Notes under the pieces: model-generated
What the model was told of the DNA's origin: nothing
Database searches by the model: none
Seen by the model: the letters and a program-made list of their open reading frames with translations, nothing else
Position numbers and translations under genes: made by a program
From: Planctomycetota bacterium
Lineage (GTDB): Bacteria > Planctomycetota > UBA8108 > SXIK01
Reading direction: 5' to 3'
NCBI GenBank assembly: GCA_965223845.1
Contig: CBDCXR010000004.1
Location: 3,776,001-3,840,000 of the forward strand
DNA: 64,000 nucleotides
Shown: piece by piece, positions 8,922 through 18,315 of the stretch
Layout: each line of letters opens with the position of its first letter
How positions within the stretch are numbered: the first letter of the stretch is position 1

Positions 8922-9938
8922 CTACACGGCGCTCGCCGCTCGGCGTCGACCGTCCGCCTGGGCGATGACCTGTTCCGCCTCGCCGACGTCCACCGCGCTT
9001 CCGATGAAGAGCGGAGTCCGCTCGTGCAGGGCGTCCGGCTCAGCATCGAGAACACGGCTCGTGCCGGTCGACGCTCGACCGCCGGCCTGCTCGACCAAGA
9101 AGCCTAGAGGGTTTCCTTCGTAGAGAAGGCGCAGCTTGCCGCGCTCGTTCTTGTCGTCGGCCGGATAGAGGAACACACCGCCGTAGAGGAGGTTGCGATG
9201 GAAGTCCGCAACGAGTGAGCCGACGTAGCGGAGGCTGTACGGCATCGCGCCGTCCGCACCGGTGAGACGATCGACGTACGTCCTCACTGCAAGCGGGAAG
9301 CGGTGATAGTTGCCGACATTGACACTGAAGACCTTGCCGCGCTGCGGCGTCCGGATATCGGCGTGCGAAAGGAAGAACTCACCCCGGCCGGGGTCGAGCG
9401 TGAAGCCGTCGACACCGCTCCCGACCGTGTAGACGAACATCGTCGAAGAGCCGTAGAGGATATAGCCGGCGGCGACCTGCTCGACTCCCGCCTGGAGGAA
9501 CTCGCGCTCTTCGAGCGCACCGCTCTCGGTCCGGCGAAGGATGCTGAAGATCGTTCCGACGCTCACGTTGGCGTCGATGTTCGAGGAGCCGTCGAGAGGA
9601 TCGAAGAGGACGAGAAACTCGCCGGAGTCGGCGTGAGGCGTCGCGATGACGTGCTCCTCCTCTTCCGACGCCAAACCGGCGACGCAGGAGATCCCGCTCA
9701 ACGTCTCGACGAGGACGTCGTGGGCATGGACGTCCAGCTTCTTCACTTCTTCGCCCTGCACGTTCGTCCCCCCGGCCGTACCGAGAAGCCCGACGAGACC
9801 AGCGCGGCGAACCTCCGACGCGATCTCGATCCCCGCGTCAGCCAGCGAGGTGAGGACGCGAGCGAGATCCGACGACGAATTCAGCGCTGCAGTTCGCACG
9901 CGGAGGTGTTCGGCGAGAGAGCTCAGTGCGTGGGCCAT
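8922..9938 (-). CDS. fbp: Fructose-1,6-bisphosphatase class I
   Basis: Motifs NVQGEEVKKLD, ASEEEE, FDPLDGSSNIDAN, RYVGSLVADFHR and GKLRLLYE. Confidence 0.96.
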   Translation of the reverse strand: MAHALSSLAEHLRVRTAALNSSSDLARVLTSLADAGIEIASEVRRAGLVGLLGTAGGTNVQGEEVKKLDVHAHDVLVETLSGISCVAGLASEEEEHVIATPHADSGEFLVLFDPLDGSSNIDANVSVGTIFSILRRTESGALEEREFLQAGVEQVAAGYILYGSSTMFVYTVGSGVDGFTLDPGRGEFFLSHADIRTPQRGKVFSVNVGNYHRFPLAVRTYVDRLTGADGAMPYSLRYVGSLVADFHRNLLYGGVFLYPADDKNERGKLRLLYEGNPLGFLVEQAGGRASTGTSRVLDAEPDALHERTPLFIGSAVDVGEAEQVIAQADGRRRAASAV

Positions 9939-10151
9939 AGGGACGTCTCTCTTACTTTCGTGATTGCGATGCGATCGGGGGGGAGGACGACGAACGCCGA
10001 TAGGCGAATGATCGTGCACGCGCAACACCTGTGCCGGAGCGCGTCGAGAGTGGTCTCGCGCGTCGCCTCCGAGGCGACAGGGAAGCGCGGGACGGGTGGA
10101 CGAATTCTCTCGGGCGGGCGCACGCTCCGACCTCGCGGAGACGCGTAGATG

Positions 10152-10379
10152 GCGCCGATTTCAGGAGCTGCGGGCGAGCCGCGCGGCGCCGCGCACGACG
10201 CGGGCTCCGGGCGCACGCGGGCGCTCGCGCGACGATTCGGCCCTCTCGTTCCACCGCCCGGAGGCTGGTCCAAAGCGCCGCGCGAATGCCCAAGCGAGAG
10301 ACACCGCCCGGACGATCGCGGTCCGAAAACCGCCGGCAGTAGGCCGGGAATCCGCTCTTCGCCGAATTTCTGAACGCGC
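10152..10379. repeat. Long imperfect inverted repeat, degenerate MITE-like element
   Basis: Nested arm pairs: about 10160-10178 with 10357-10374, 10206-10213 with 10305-10312, and 10219-10242 with 10267-10291. Confidence 0.55.
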
Positions 10380-10492
10380 ACGGCGGCCCGGTGCGAAGGA
10401 CGAGATGGGTGCCGCCCCATCGACGACGTTTCCCCGGCTTCGAAGCGTCGACGGCATCACGGAACCTCCCCACAACCGACGAGGAAGCAGCC

Positions 10493-12031
10493 GTGCGCAT
10501 TCCCCGACTTCAGCTCGCACTCTTCGCCGCGCTCGCCGCGGCCGCTCCGGTTTCGACCGCCACCGCGCAGACCACCGAACCGCCGGCTCTCGTCGCGGCA
10601 GTCACCGTGCGGAGCCTCGCGGACTACACGAAGGCCGCGCAGAAATTCGGAGAGCTCGCCGGTCAGCCCCAGCTCGGCACGCTCGCGGCCGGTCTCCTGT
10701 CGCAGGCGACGGGCGGCCGCGAGATTCAGGGCATCGACGCGCGTTCCCCCCTCGGGATCGCCTTCTTCGCCGCGGGCGGAAGCGTTCAGCCCGCGGTGTT
10801 TGTGCGAGTCTCCGACAAGCGAAAGTTCGGCGCCTTCTTCCAAAGCGTTGCGCCGGCGATCCAGCAGCGCTTCGGCCGAGTTCCGTTCAAGCTCAAGAAT
10901 GACTTCTTCTTCATCGGTCCAGCGCTTCAGTTCCTCCGCGAGACCGATCTCCCGGCCGAGGGTCGACTTCTAAACTCGCGCGCGCGATCCGATCTCGTGA
11001 GTGCGGTTCTCCACGCCGACCGCATCCCCGAGTCGGCCCTCACTTCGATCGAGCGGATGCTCCGGCCGCTCATGAAACCCGCCGCGCGAATCCCGGGCTC
11101 GGGGCCGGAGGCGCTCATGGATTCCCTCCGCGTCGCCAAGCGATTCGAGCTCGGAGTGCGATTCGACGCGGGCGAGCGAAACATCGTCTTCGAAATGTTC
11201 TACGCGCCGCGGGCACACACCGAAGAAGCGACGGTCCTCCGAACGCTCGGACGCTCCCCGGCGAAATTCGCCGGCCTCGTCGACTCGGCCGCGATCGGTT
11301 CGCTTCTCGTCCACTCGCGCCTCACGACGGAAGCTCGGGCGAATCTGCTCGCCATTATTCCGACGAGCGTTGGCGGCTCGAAGCCGAACGTACTCGCTAG
11401 CGGCGACGCGCTTCCGTCGCCGCAGCAGCGTCTCCTCGACACCCTTCGGGCGGAGGTGGAGCGCGGCGAGCTCGAAGGCGCTTTCAGTATCCGCGGCATG
11501 CCTCCCGGCCCCCTGAGCGCCGTACTCGCCTGGGGCGTCGCCGAACCCAGTCGCGTCGAGCAGGCGCTCGTCGACCTGTTCGAGTCCGCCAAGAAGTATG
11601 GCGCCGGCTCGTTCTCGTCCACCGTGACTCGCTTCCGGGATCGACCCGTCCATCGCGTTCAGTTCGGAAACGAGGATCCCAAGGTCGAGCGAATCTTCGG
11701 GCGTGGAGCCGCCGTCCACTGGACGACGACGAAGGACGCCGTGCTCTTCGCGTACGGAGCGAAGAGTCTCGAGGCTCTCAAATGGAGCCTCGAGAGGAAG
11801 TCAACTCCCCGACGCAGCAAGCATCTCTACGCGCCGGCGTTGTTCACGACGCGCGTCCGCCCGTGGCTCGATATTTTCGGTCCGCTCGATCGACGCGTCG
11901 AAAGCATGAAGTCGGCGGTTCGGCCGACGGACCGTCTGTTCATGGAATCCAGCCTGAACGGCGACGGGATGCTCACGCGGTTCGAGATCCCCACGGGACT
12001 CATCCGCGCGCTGGTGAAAGCCGCGAAGTAG
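10493..12031 (+). CDS. Secreted hypothetical protein (DUF3352-like architecture possible)
   Basis: GAGG SD and GTG start; signal peptide RIPRLQLALFAALAAAAPVSTATA-Q; long ORF with protein-like composition. Confidence 0.75.
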   Translation: MRIPRLQLALFAALAAAAPVSTATAQTTEPPALVAAVTVRSLADYTKAAQKFGELAGQPQLGTLAAGLLSQATGGREIQGIDARSPLGIAFFAAGGSVQPAVFVRVSDKRKFGAFFQSVAPAIQQRFGRVPFKLKNDFFFIGPALQFLRETDLPAEGRLLNSRARSDLVSAVLHADRIPESALTSIERMLRPLMKPAARIPGSGPEALMDSLRVAKRFELGVRFDAGERNIVFEMFYAPRAHTEEATVLRTLGRSPAKFAGLVDSAAIGSLLVHSRLTTEARANLLAIIPTSVGGSKPNVLASGDALPSPQQRLLDTLRAEVERGELEGAFSIRGMPPGPLSAVLAWGVAEPSRVEQALVDLFESAKKYGAGSFSSTVTRFRDRPVHRVQFGNEDPKVERIFGRGAAVHWTTTKDAVLFAYGAKSLEALKWSLERKSTPRRSKHLYAPALFTTRVRPWLDIFGPLDRRVESMKSAVRPTDRLFMESSLNGDGMLTRFEIPTGLIRALVKAAK

Positions 12032-12081
12032 CGGGCTCGGAGCGCTCAGGGGTCGGAAAAGAGCTCGCGCGGTTCGATCCG

Positions 12082-13245
12082 TTATCGGGATTGGGCAGCG
12101 TCGGGCCCGTGAACGAGTGGGCCCGCACCCGCGCCTTCGATCGAGTGCGCACCGGCGGGCGTCAGTCGAACGGCGGTCCTCACACGCTCGACGAGATTCC
12201 GCGCCGCGAGGCGACGCACGACGCGCTCGACGCGCTTCGGGCTCCAGTTGAAGCGCGCCGCGAGCGAGGCGGGGTCGACCGCTTCGCTTCCGCCGCTCAA
12301 ATGCAGCAGAAACAGTTGTTCGCGGAGACGCCGCGCCAGCCGGAGTCGAAACAGCGCTCGCGCCACGAGCCCGTACCGCGGCGAGAGGACGAGGGCGAGA
12401 AGGAAGAACACGCCCGCCATCGTCGCCATCGCAGCTGCGATCGAGCAGTCGATCGCGTAGGCGAGTGCGTATCCGGTCGCCGTGGATGCGATTCCGAACG
12501 CGACCGCGAGCGCGATCATGGAGCGCAGTCGATCGGTGAGGAGGTACGCGGTCGCCGGAGGAACGACGAGCATCGCGACGACGAGGATCGCACCGACCGA
12601 TTCGAACGAGCCGACGACGGTCACCGACACGGCGGACATGAGGAGGTAGTGAACGACGACGGGTGAGATTCCGAGCGCGGCGGCGAGCTGCGGATCGAAG
12701 CTGGCGACCTTGAGCTCCTTGTAGAACACGATGACGACGAGCAGATCGAGGATGAGGATGGCGAGCGAAACCCAGATCGCCTTCGGGCCGAACTCGGGTC
12801 GCCCGGGGATCAAGGGATCGATCGGTGCGAGACCGATCTCGCCGTAGAGAACGCAGTCGACATCGATGTGAACCGACGACAGATAGCGACTGAGAAGAAT
12901 GACGCCGATCGAGAAGAGGGCCGGAAAAACGACTCCGATCGAGGCATCCTCCTTGAGACGGCGGGTCCGAACGAGGAGCCCGACGAGAAAGACCGTCAAG
13001 ACGCCGCACGCGCCGGCTCCGATGAGCGTCAGAATCGGTGCGTGGGCTCCAGCGACGAGATACGCGATCGCGATCCCCGGCAGCACGGAGTGGCTGATCG
13101 CGTCCCCGAGAAGCGCCATGCGGCGGAGAACCAGGAACGAACCGACCAGCGCGCAACTCGACGCGACGGCGCTCCCGACGATGAGGATCACCCAGCGATC
13201 GGAGTCGAGGCCGAGGAACGAGCTGAGTCCGAGAACGAAGCTCAC
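12082..13245 (-). CDS. troD: Mn/Zn/Fe ABC permease (ABC-3) with a C-terminal winged-HTH extension
   Basis: Motifs GSFLVLRRMALLGDAISHSVLPG, KEDASIG and FESVGAILVV; tail LAARFNWSPKRVERVVRRL...VRLTPAG. Confidence 0.9.
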   Translation of the reverse strand: MSFVLGLSSFLGLDSDRWVILIVGSAVASSCALVGSFLVLRRMALLGDAISHSVLPGIAIAYLVAGAHAPILTLIGAGACGVLTVFLVGLLVRTRRLKEDASIGVVFPALFSIGVILLSRYLSSVHIDVDCVLYGEIGLAPIDPLIPGRPEFGPKAIWVSLAILILDLLVVIVFYKELKVASFDPQLAAALGISPVVVHYLLMSAVSVTVVGSFESVGAILVVAMLVVPPATAYLLTDRLRSMIALAVAFGIASTATGYALAYAIDCSIAAAMATMAGVFFLLALVLSPRYGLVARALFRLRLARRLREQLFLLHLSGGSEAVDPASLAARFNWSPKRVERVVRRLAARNLVERVRTAVRLTPAGAHSIEGAGAGPLVHGPDAAQSR

Positions 13246-14561
13246 CTTGCACCTCGTCCACTCGTCGTCTCGGCGTCGTTTCCCTCCCCGTCGGGGTTCG
13301 GGATCGCTCGGCCGTGCGGGTCGTGCGTCGGATGCCCCAGAATGCGCGCGAACTCACGCACGGCTTCGTCGCTGAGCGCGTGCTCCATCTCCTCGGCGTC
13401 GCGGTGGACGTGATCGGCGGGAAGGTCGAGTCTTCGCGTGAGATAGAGCTCCCAGAGCCGGTGCTTGCGGACGACGCGCTGCGCGGCAACGAGCCCGGAA
13501 GGAGTTAGGCGCAGTCCATCGGCAACGGTTTCGACGAGCCTCCGCGCTGCGAGCGCCTGCGCGGTTCGATCGACGACGCCGCCTCTCTGTCCGCGAAATC
13601 CCATCAGAACGGAACGAGGTACGGCTTCCTCCCAACTGCCGGTGCTCTCACCGCAGCGGTAGAGGTCGTTGAGCAGGTTTTCGCGGCGGATGCGCCGGGC
13701 GAGGCGACGGTGGCGCACGAACGCCCAAACCACCCCGCGCCGCGGCGCGAGCGCGGTCGAAAGCGCGAGAATCGCGCTCGCGACGACAACGATCGTGGGT
13801 CCCGTCGGCATGCGATCGATCGTTCCGCTCAGCGTCGCGCCGGCAGCGCTCGAAAACGCGCCGATGGTAGCGGCGAGAAGAAGCATGATGCTGAAACGGT
13901 CCGTCCACTGCCGCGCGGCCGCCGCCGGCGTGACGAGGGCGGCGACGGTGAGGACGACGCCGACGGTTTGCAGTCCGACGACGACGACTGCGACGAGGAC
14001 CACCGTGAGGAGGACCTCGAGAAAACGCGTCGGCAGACCGATGCTCGCGGCGAACTCGCGATCGAAGCAGAGGAGCTTGAGTTCCTTGTAGAAAAGGAGG
14101 ATGCAGGCGAGGACGGCGGCGCCGACGACCGCGAAGAGTACGAGGTCGCTCCCGAGCAAGGTGACGGCCTGTCCGAACAGGAATCGATCGAGTCCCGCCT
14201 GATTTCCGTGCGCCGTCTTTTGAATGTACGTGAGAAGAACAATTCCCACGCCGAAGAACACCGAGAGCACGATGCCCATCGCGGAGTCTTCCTTGACCCG
14301 GCTCCCGCGAGCGACCGCGAGCATGACGAGCGCCCCCAGAAGTCCCGTGGCCGCCGCACCCGCGAGAATCGCCGGAGAGCTCTTCGCGCCGACGAGCAGA
14401 TACGCGAGGCAGACCCCGGGGAGCGCCGCGTGAGCCAGAGCATCGCCGAGGAGGCTCTGCCGCCGAAGCACGGCGAAAACGCCCGTCGCACCACCGATCG
14501 TCCCGAGGAGGGACGTCCCGATGAGCACGTTTCGGAAAGTGGAAGATGTCAGCCAGTCCAT
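13242..14561 (-). CDS. troC: Mn/Zn/Fe ABC permease fused to a DtxR/MntR repressor domain (YtgCR-like)
   Basis: ABC-3 motifs LLGDALAHAALPG and KEDSAMG; C-terminal LRLTPSG...RKHRLWELYL...HVHRDAEEMEH...PTHDPHGRAIP. Confidence 0.92.
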   Translation of the reverse strand: MDWLTSSTFRNVLIGTSLLGTIGGATGVFAVLRRQSLLGDALAHAALPGVCLAYLLVGAKSSPAILAGAAATGLLGALVMLAVARGSRVKEDSAMGIVLSVFFGVGIVLLTYIQKTAHGNQAGLDRFLFGQAVTLLGSDLVLFAVVGAAVLACILLFYKELKLLCFDREFAASIGLPTRFLEVLLTVVLVAVVVVGLQTVGVVLTVAALVTPAAAARQWTDRFSIMLLLAATIGAFSSAAGATLSGTIDRMPTGPTIVVVASAILALSTALAPRRGVVWAFVRHRRLARRIRRENLLNDLYRCGESTGSWEEAVPRSVLMGFRGQRGGVVDRTAQALAARRLVETVADGLRLTPSGLVAAQRVVRKHRLWELYLTRRLDLPADHVHRDAEEMEHALSDEAVREFARILGHPTHDPHGRAIPNPDGEGNDAETTSGRGAR

Positions 14562-14603
14562 CGCCTTCGCCCCGTCGCTCCCGCATCGTCCGAGCGACGG
14601 ATC

Positions 14604-14766
14604 AACAGCCCGTTGAGAAAGTGCTTCGAGTCGACAGCCGGCTCGTGTGCGTTCCGATCGGCCGCGGCAAATGCGGACGATCTTACGGGTTTTCGAGAAT
14701 GGGCGCGGCCGATTGGAGCGTGAACGCGCCGGTCGTTCGGCCGAACGAGTTTTTGGGCGGACGGTT
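14604..14766. repeat. Long imperfect inverted repeat, degenerate MITE-like element inside the tro operon
   Basis: Core arms GCCGGCTCGTGTGCGTTCCGATCGGCCGCG (about 14637-14666) and CGCGGCCGATTGGAGCGTGAACGCGCCGGT (about 14704-14733); ends AACAGCCCGTTGAGAAA and TTTTTGGGCGGACGGTT. Confidence 0.6.
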
Positions 14767-15655
14767 AACCCGAGCTTCGCGGCGGCCGCGCGCGAAGAAG
14801 AGATTCCGCCGCCTTCGACAGCGCGGTCAATCGGCCGCCGTACGTCATTTGGATGTTCTCTTCGTTGAACGTCGTCGGCACGGGTCCCGCCGCGACGAGT
14901 CGCATGTTGAGAAAGATCACGTCGTCGAAGTACGCCGCGACGGTTTGTAGGTCGTGGTGGACGGCGACGACCGTCCGACCCTCCGCGCGCAGCTTCTTCA
15001 GCAGGCCGAGAACCGCCTCCTCGGTCGCGGCGTCGACGCCCGCGAACGGCTCGTCCATCAGATAGAGCCGCGCGTCCTGCGCAAGCGCGCGAGCGAGGAA
15101 CACGCGCTGCTGCTGGCCGCCGGAGAGCTGGTTGATCTGCCGCCGGGCGAACTCCTCCATGCCGACCTCGGCGAGGCAGCGCATCGCACGGTCACGATGC
15201 CGGCGAGTCGGCCACCGAATCCATCCCAGCTCGCCGTAGAGTCCCATCGTAACGACGTCGAGCGCCGTGGTCGGAAAATCCCAGTCGACGGTCTCTCGCT
15301 GCGGCACGTACGCGACCCACGATCGCCGCTCGGCGTACGGCGCGCCGAACACCTTGACCCAACCGGTCAGCGGACGCACGAGTCCGAGGATTCCCTTGAG
15401 CAGCGTACTCTTTCCTGCTCCGTTCGGTCCGACGATGGCGATGAGCCGCCCGGGAGGAAAGGTGACGTCGACGTCCCAGAGGACGGGGTGCACGCCGTAC
15501 GCGACGGTCATGTCGTGCACTTCCACCGCTGCCGGTGCGTTCTCGTCGGAGGACGAGGACGCCGCTGCGGTCGGCGCCTCATCGGCGCTAGGCTCCGCGC
15601 GCACCAAGCGAGCTTCTGCGTTGGGGCGATTCTCCTCGCGCTCCGCGCCGCTCAT
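14765..15655 (-). CDS. troB: Metal ABC transporter ATP-binding protein
   Basis: Motifs GPNGAGKST, YVPQR, LSGGQQQR, MDEPFAGVD and VHHDL. Start MSGAERE overlaps the troA stop (ATGA). Confidence 0.93.
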   Translation of the reverse strand: MSGAEREENRPNAEARLVRAEPSADEAPTAAASSSSDENAPAAVEVHDMTVAYGVHPVLWDVDVTFPPGRLIAIVGPNGAGKSTLLKGILGLVRPLTGWVKVFGAPYAERRSWVAYVPQRETVDWDFPTTALDVVTMGLYGELGWIRWPTRRHRDRAMRCLAEVGMEEFARRQINQLSGGQQQRVFLARALAQDARLYLMDEPFAGVDAATEEAVLGLLKKLRAEGRTVVAVHHDLQTVAAYFDDVIFLNMRLVAAGPVPTTFNEENIQMTYGGRLTALSKAAESLLRARPPRSSG

Positions 15656-16608
15656 CGCAGCGACTCCACGAGCGTCGTCACGTTGTGGCGAACCATCGTC
15701 GCGTAGGTGTCGGCGCCGCTCTCGGCCGGCCCCAAGGAGTCCGAGTAGAGCTCGCCCCCGACGGCGACCTCGTGGCCGCGGTCGCGGCACGCGGCCTGTA
15801 CGGCCTCGATGCTCTTTCGCGGCACGCTGCTTTCGACGAAGATCGCTTTCAATTGTCGATCGATGATCACCTCGGTGACGCGCGCGATGTCGCGTAGACC
15901 GGCCTCCGCCGCCGTGTTGATGCCCTGGAGTCCGACGACCTCGACGCCGTAACGGTCTCCGAAGTAGCCGAATGCGTCGTGCGCCGTGACGAGAACGCGC
16001 GAGGATTCGGGGATCTTCCCGATTTCCTCCTTCACCCACGCGTCGAGAGCCAGCAACTCGGCCGCGACCGCGCGGTAGCGCTCGTCGATCGCTTCCGCGT
16101 CCTCCGGCGACAGGGCTTTCAACTCCGTAGCGACCGCACCGCAGACGATCGTCCACAGGGAGACGTCGAACCACACGTGCGGATCGACCGCCCCGTCCTC
16201 TCGGCGGACGCGATCCTCCGGCAGCGTCTCGGCAACCGCGACGACACGCCGGCCGGCGCCGGCGATGCGCTCGAGCACCGAGCCCATCTTCCCCTCGAGA
16301 TGGAAGCCGTTGTAGAGAACGAGATCCGCGGCGCCGAGCCGGCGCACGTCGCTCTCCGTCGGATTGTAGAGGTGAGGATCGATCCCCGGGCGCATCAAGC
16401 CGACCACCTCGACCCCGTCCGGTGCGAGACGCTCGGCGATCTCTGCGATCATTCCCGTCGTCGCGACGACAACCGGACCGATGCGTTCCGCCCCGGGGGA
16501 GCAAGCGACGCCCGCCGCGAGCGCGAGACCGGCGAGCGCGCCCCGCCACCAGCGCCCGCGCGCACGTTCCGTGGATGCACCGAGCCGTCGAGTTCGCGCG
16601 TCGATCAT
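15652..16608 (-). CDS. troA: Metal ABC transporter substrate-binding lipoprotein (cluster A-I)
   Basis: Lipobox-like GVAC; metal-ligand motifs DPHLY, DPHVW, TAHDAF and LYSDSLG. Confidence 0.93.
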   Translation of the reverse strand: MIDARTRRLGASTERARGRWWRGALAGLALAAGVACSPGAERIGPVVVATTGMIAEIAERLAPDGVEVVGLMRPGIDPHLYNPTESDVRRLGAADLVLYNGFHLEGKMGSVLERIAGAGRRVVAVAETLPEDRVRREDGAVDPHVWFDVSLWTIVCGAVATELKALSPEDAEAIDERYRAVAAELLALDAWVKEEIGKIPESSRVLVTAHDAFGYFGDRYGVEVVGLQGINTAAEAGLRDIARVTEVIIDRQLKAIFVESSVPRKSIEAVQAACRDRGHEVAVGGELYSDSLGPAESGADTYATMVRHNVTTLVESLR

Positions 16609-16621
16609 AGAGAAGACTCTA
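16608..16621. promoter_or_regulatory. Palindrome TAGAG-N4-CTCTA overlapping a putative -10 box and the troA start; candidate operator
   Basis: Plus strand TAGAGAAGACTCTA. On the minus strand, TAGAGT lies 7 nt before the ATG. Confidence 0.4.
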
Positions 16622-16724
16622 ACCGAGACGCGAGCTCGAGAACATGCCGCGCCTTCGGCTCGACGTTAACGCAGCGCCCGATGGCCCCGAACCGAGAACG
16701 TGGTCCCAAACCTCTCGGCGATCC

Positions 16725-18017
16725 TCACGGAGTCTCGTTCGTGCTCGGCTCCGTTGGCGGGGACGAGCCACCGTCCGCGGGAGCATCGGGAGCCGACTCG
16801 GCCGCCGCCGATTCCTTCGTCTTTCGGGGGAACCGGCCGTTCTGCAGGAAATGAAGCGTGCGGCGGATCACCTCCGGCTCCGACGCCATGAATGTGTGGC
16901 CCACCGGAAGGACGCAAAAGTCGCGCGCACCGGGAAGCCGCGTGTTGTCGACGCGGACGACTCCGTCGTTGTCGCCGAGAAGAAACGGGTTGTAGCCTCG
17001 GCCCCCGGTTCCCCCCGCGATGATCCCGAATTCGCAGTCGGGAACGGGACGTGCGTCGACTTCATCCGGGGTCAGCTCCGGTCCCGACGGGCCCGCGAGC
17101 GCCCGAAAGATCGGGAACGACTCGAGCCGATTCGCGATGACGCTCCCCTGGTTGGGCGGCCCGAGCATCACGAGACGATGAGTCTGGATTCGCTGCCGCC
17201 AAGCCGCTGGCCGCGCGAGCAGCTCACGAACGACGATGCCGCCGAGACTGTGCGTGACGAAGGAGACTTCCCGAATCTCGGACGCGGCGTCGAGCACTCT
17301 CTCGATCCCGTCGGCGTGGTCGTCGATCGAGCGCCGCGTGCTCGGGTATCCGACCGCAGCAGTTTCGTAACCGGCGGCGGCGAGTGCTTCCTCAAACTGC
17401 CGGAACATTCCCCTCGTTCTCCCGAGGCCGTGAACGAGGACGACGAGATGGTCGCTCCGAGGACAGAGATCGCGTTCGCGCGCCTCGCGTTCGAAGCTCG
17501 TTCGGCACGCAGCGAACGAGCCCCACGCGCGCCGCACGTTGCCCGCGTCGAGAAGACGAAAGTGACCGAAGTGAACGTGCTCCTGAATGCGCCAGCCGCG
17601 ACGCACAAAGCGATCCGCCCAGAGCTGAGCTCCCCCGAGTGTGCGGATCGGAAGATTCGGTCTCCCGACTCCGTGACGGCGCACGAGCTCACGGCTTCGG
17701 GCGGCGGCACACTCGTCCCAGCTGCCCGCGGCGACGACTCGGGCACCGCGGATGTCGACGACGCGGTACCTCTCCTCGTCCGGAACACGCTCGATGCGAA
17801 GATCGAGTACGAGGCGATCAGCGCAGCGATCCGAGTTCGCGCGGTTCGCCGGGCGGGGCGGGGCTTTCGGCTTCGTTTCCTGAGCTCCTGCCCCGGCGCA
17901 AGCGAGCAGAACCGAGACGAACGCCGCCGCGATGCGAGCCGCTCCCCCCAACCGAAAGACAAACGCTCCGCGTGGCGGCTTCGAGTCGCCCCGCGACTCG
18001 GGTGGATCGTTCGGCAT
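16725..18017 (-). CDS. Secreted alpha/beta hydrolase (lipase/esterase-like)
   Basis: Motifs VVLVHGLG, FVTHSLGG (nucleophile), LGPPNQGS, NDGVV and GHTF; signal-like N-terminus. Confidence 0.85.
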   Translation of the reverse strand: MPNDPPESRGDSKPPRGAFVFRLGGAARIAAAFVSVLLACAGAGAQETKPKAPPRPANRANSDRCADRLVLDLRIERVPDEERYRVVDIRGARVVAAGSWDECAAARSRELVRRHGVGRPNLPIRTLGGAQLWADRFVRRGWRIQEHVHFGHFRLLDAGNVRRAWGSFAACRTSFEREARERDLCPRSDHLVVLVHGLGRTRGMFRQFEEALAAAGYETAAVGYPSTRRSIDDHADGIERVLDAASEIREVSFVTHSLGGIVVRELLARPAAWRQRIQTHRLVMLGPPNQGSVIANRLESFPIFRALAGPSGPELTPDEVDARPVPDCEFGIIAGGTGGRGYNPFLLGDNDGVVRVDNTRLPGARDFCVLPVGHTFMASEPEVIRRTLHFLQNGRFPRKTKESAAAESAPDAPADGGSSPPTEPSTNETP

Positions 18018-18315
18018 CGAGTCTTCCTCTCTGCGGCACGGACCGCTTCGAGCCAAAGTCCCGCGCCCGCCGTTCTCGTCTGAAGATGATTGTGGCGTGC
18101 TCGAGCGGGATCTCAAGCGTTCACCTCGAGGAACGTCGACCCAAGTCCGGCGAGCGCCGCCGCGCGGAGAAGTCCGTTCCCTCGATGCCTCGATGTTCTC
18201 GCTTTGAGATCCCCGAGGAACCCAGTACATCTGGGAACTTCCGAAGGAAACGCCGGCGCGTCTTCTTCGCTCCGGTGTCCGCAGCCCGCTCCCGAGAGTA
18301 CATCCGAGGAATGAG

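Noticed and set aside
14765-16549. 594-aa ORF suggesting a long N-terminal extension on the ABC ATPase
   Set aside because: The extension is an off-frame read over troA; the true start is 15655. The same artefact affects the track's long versions of cca, sdhA, nspC, amtB and the sugar ABC genes.
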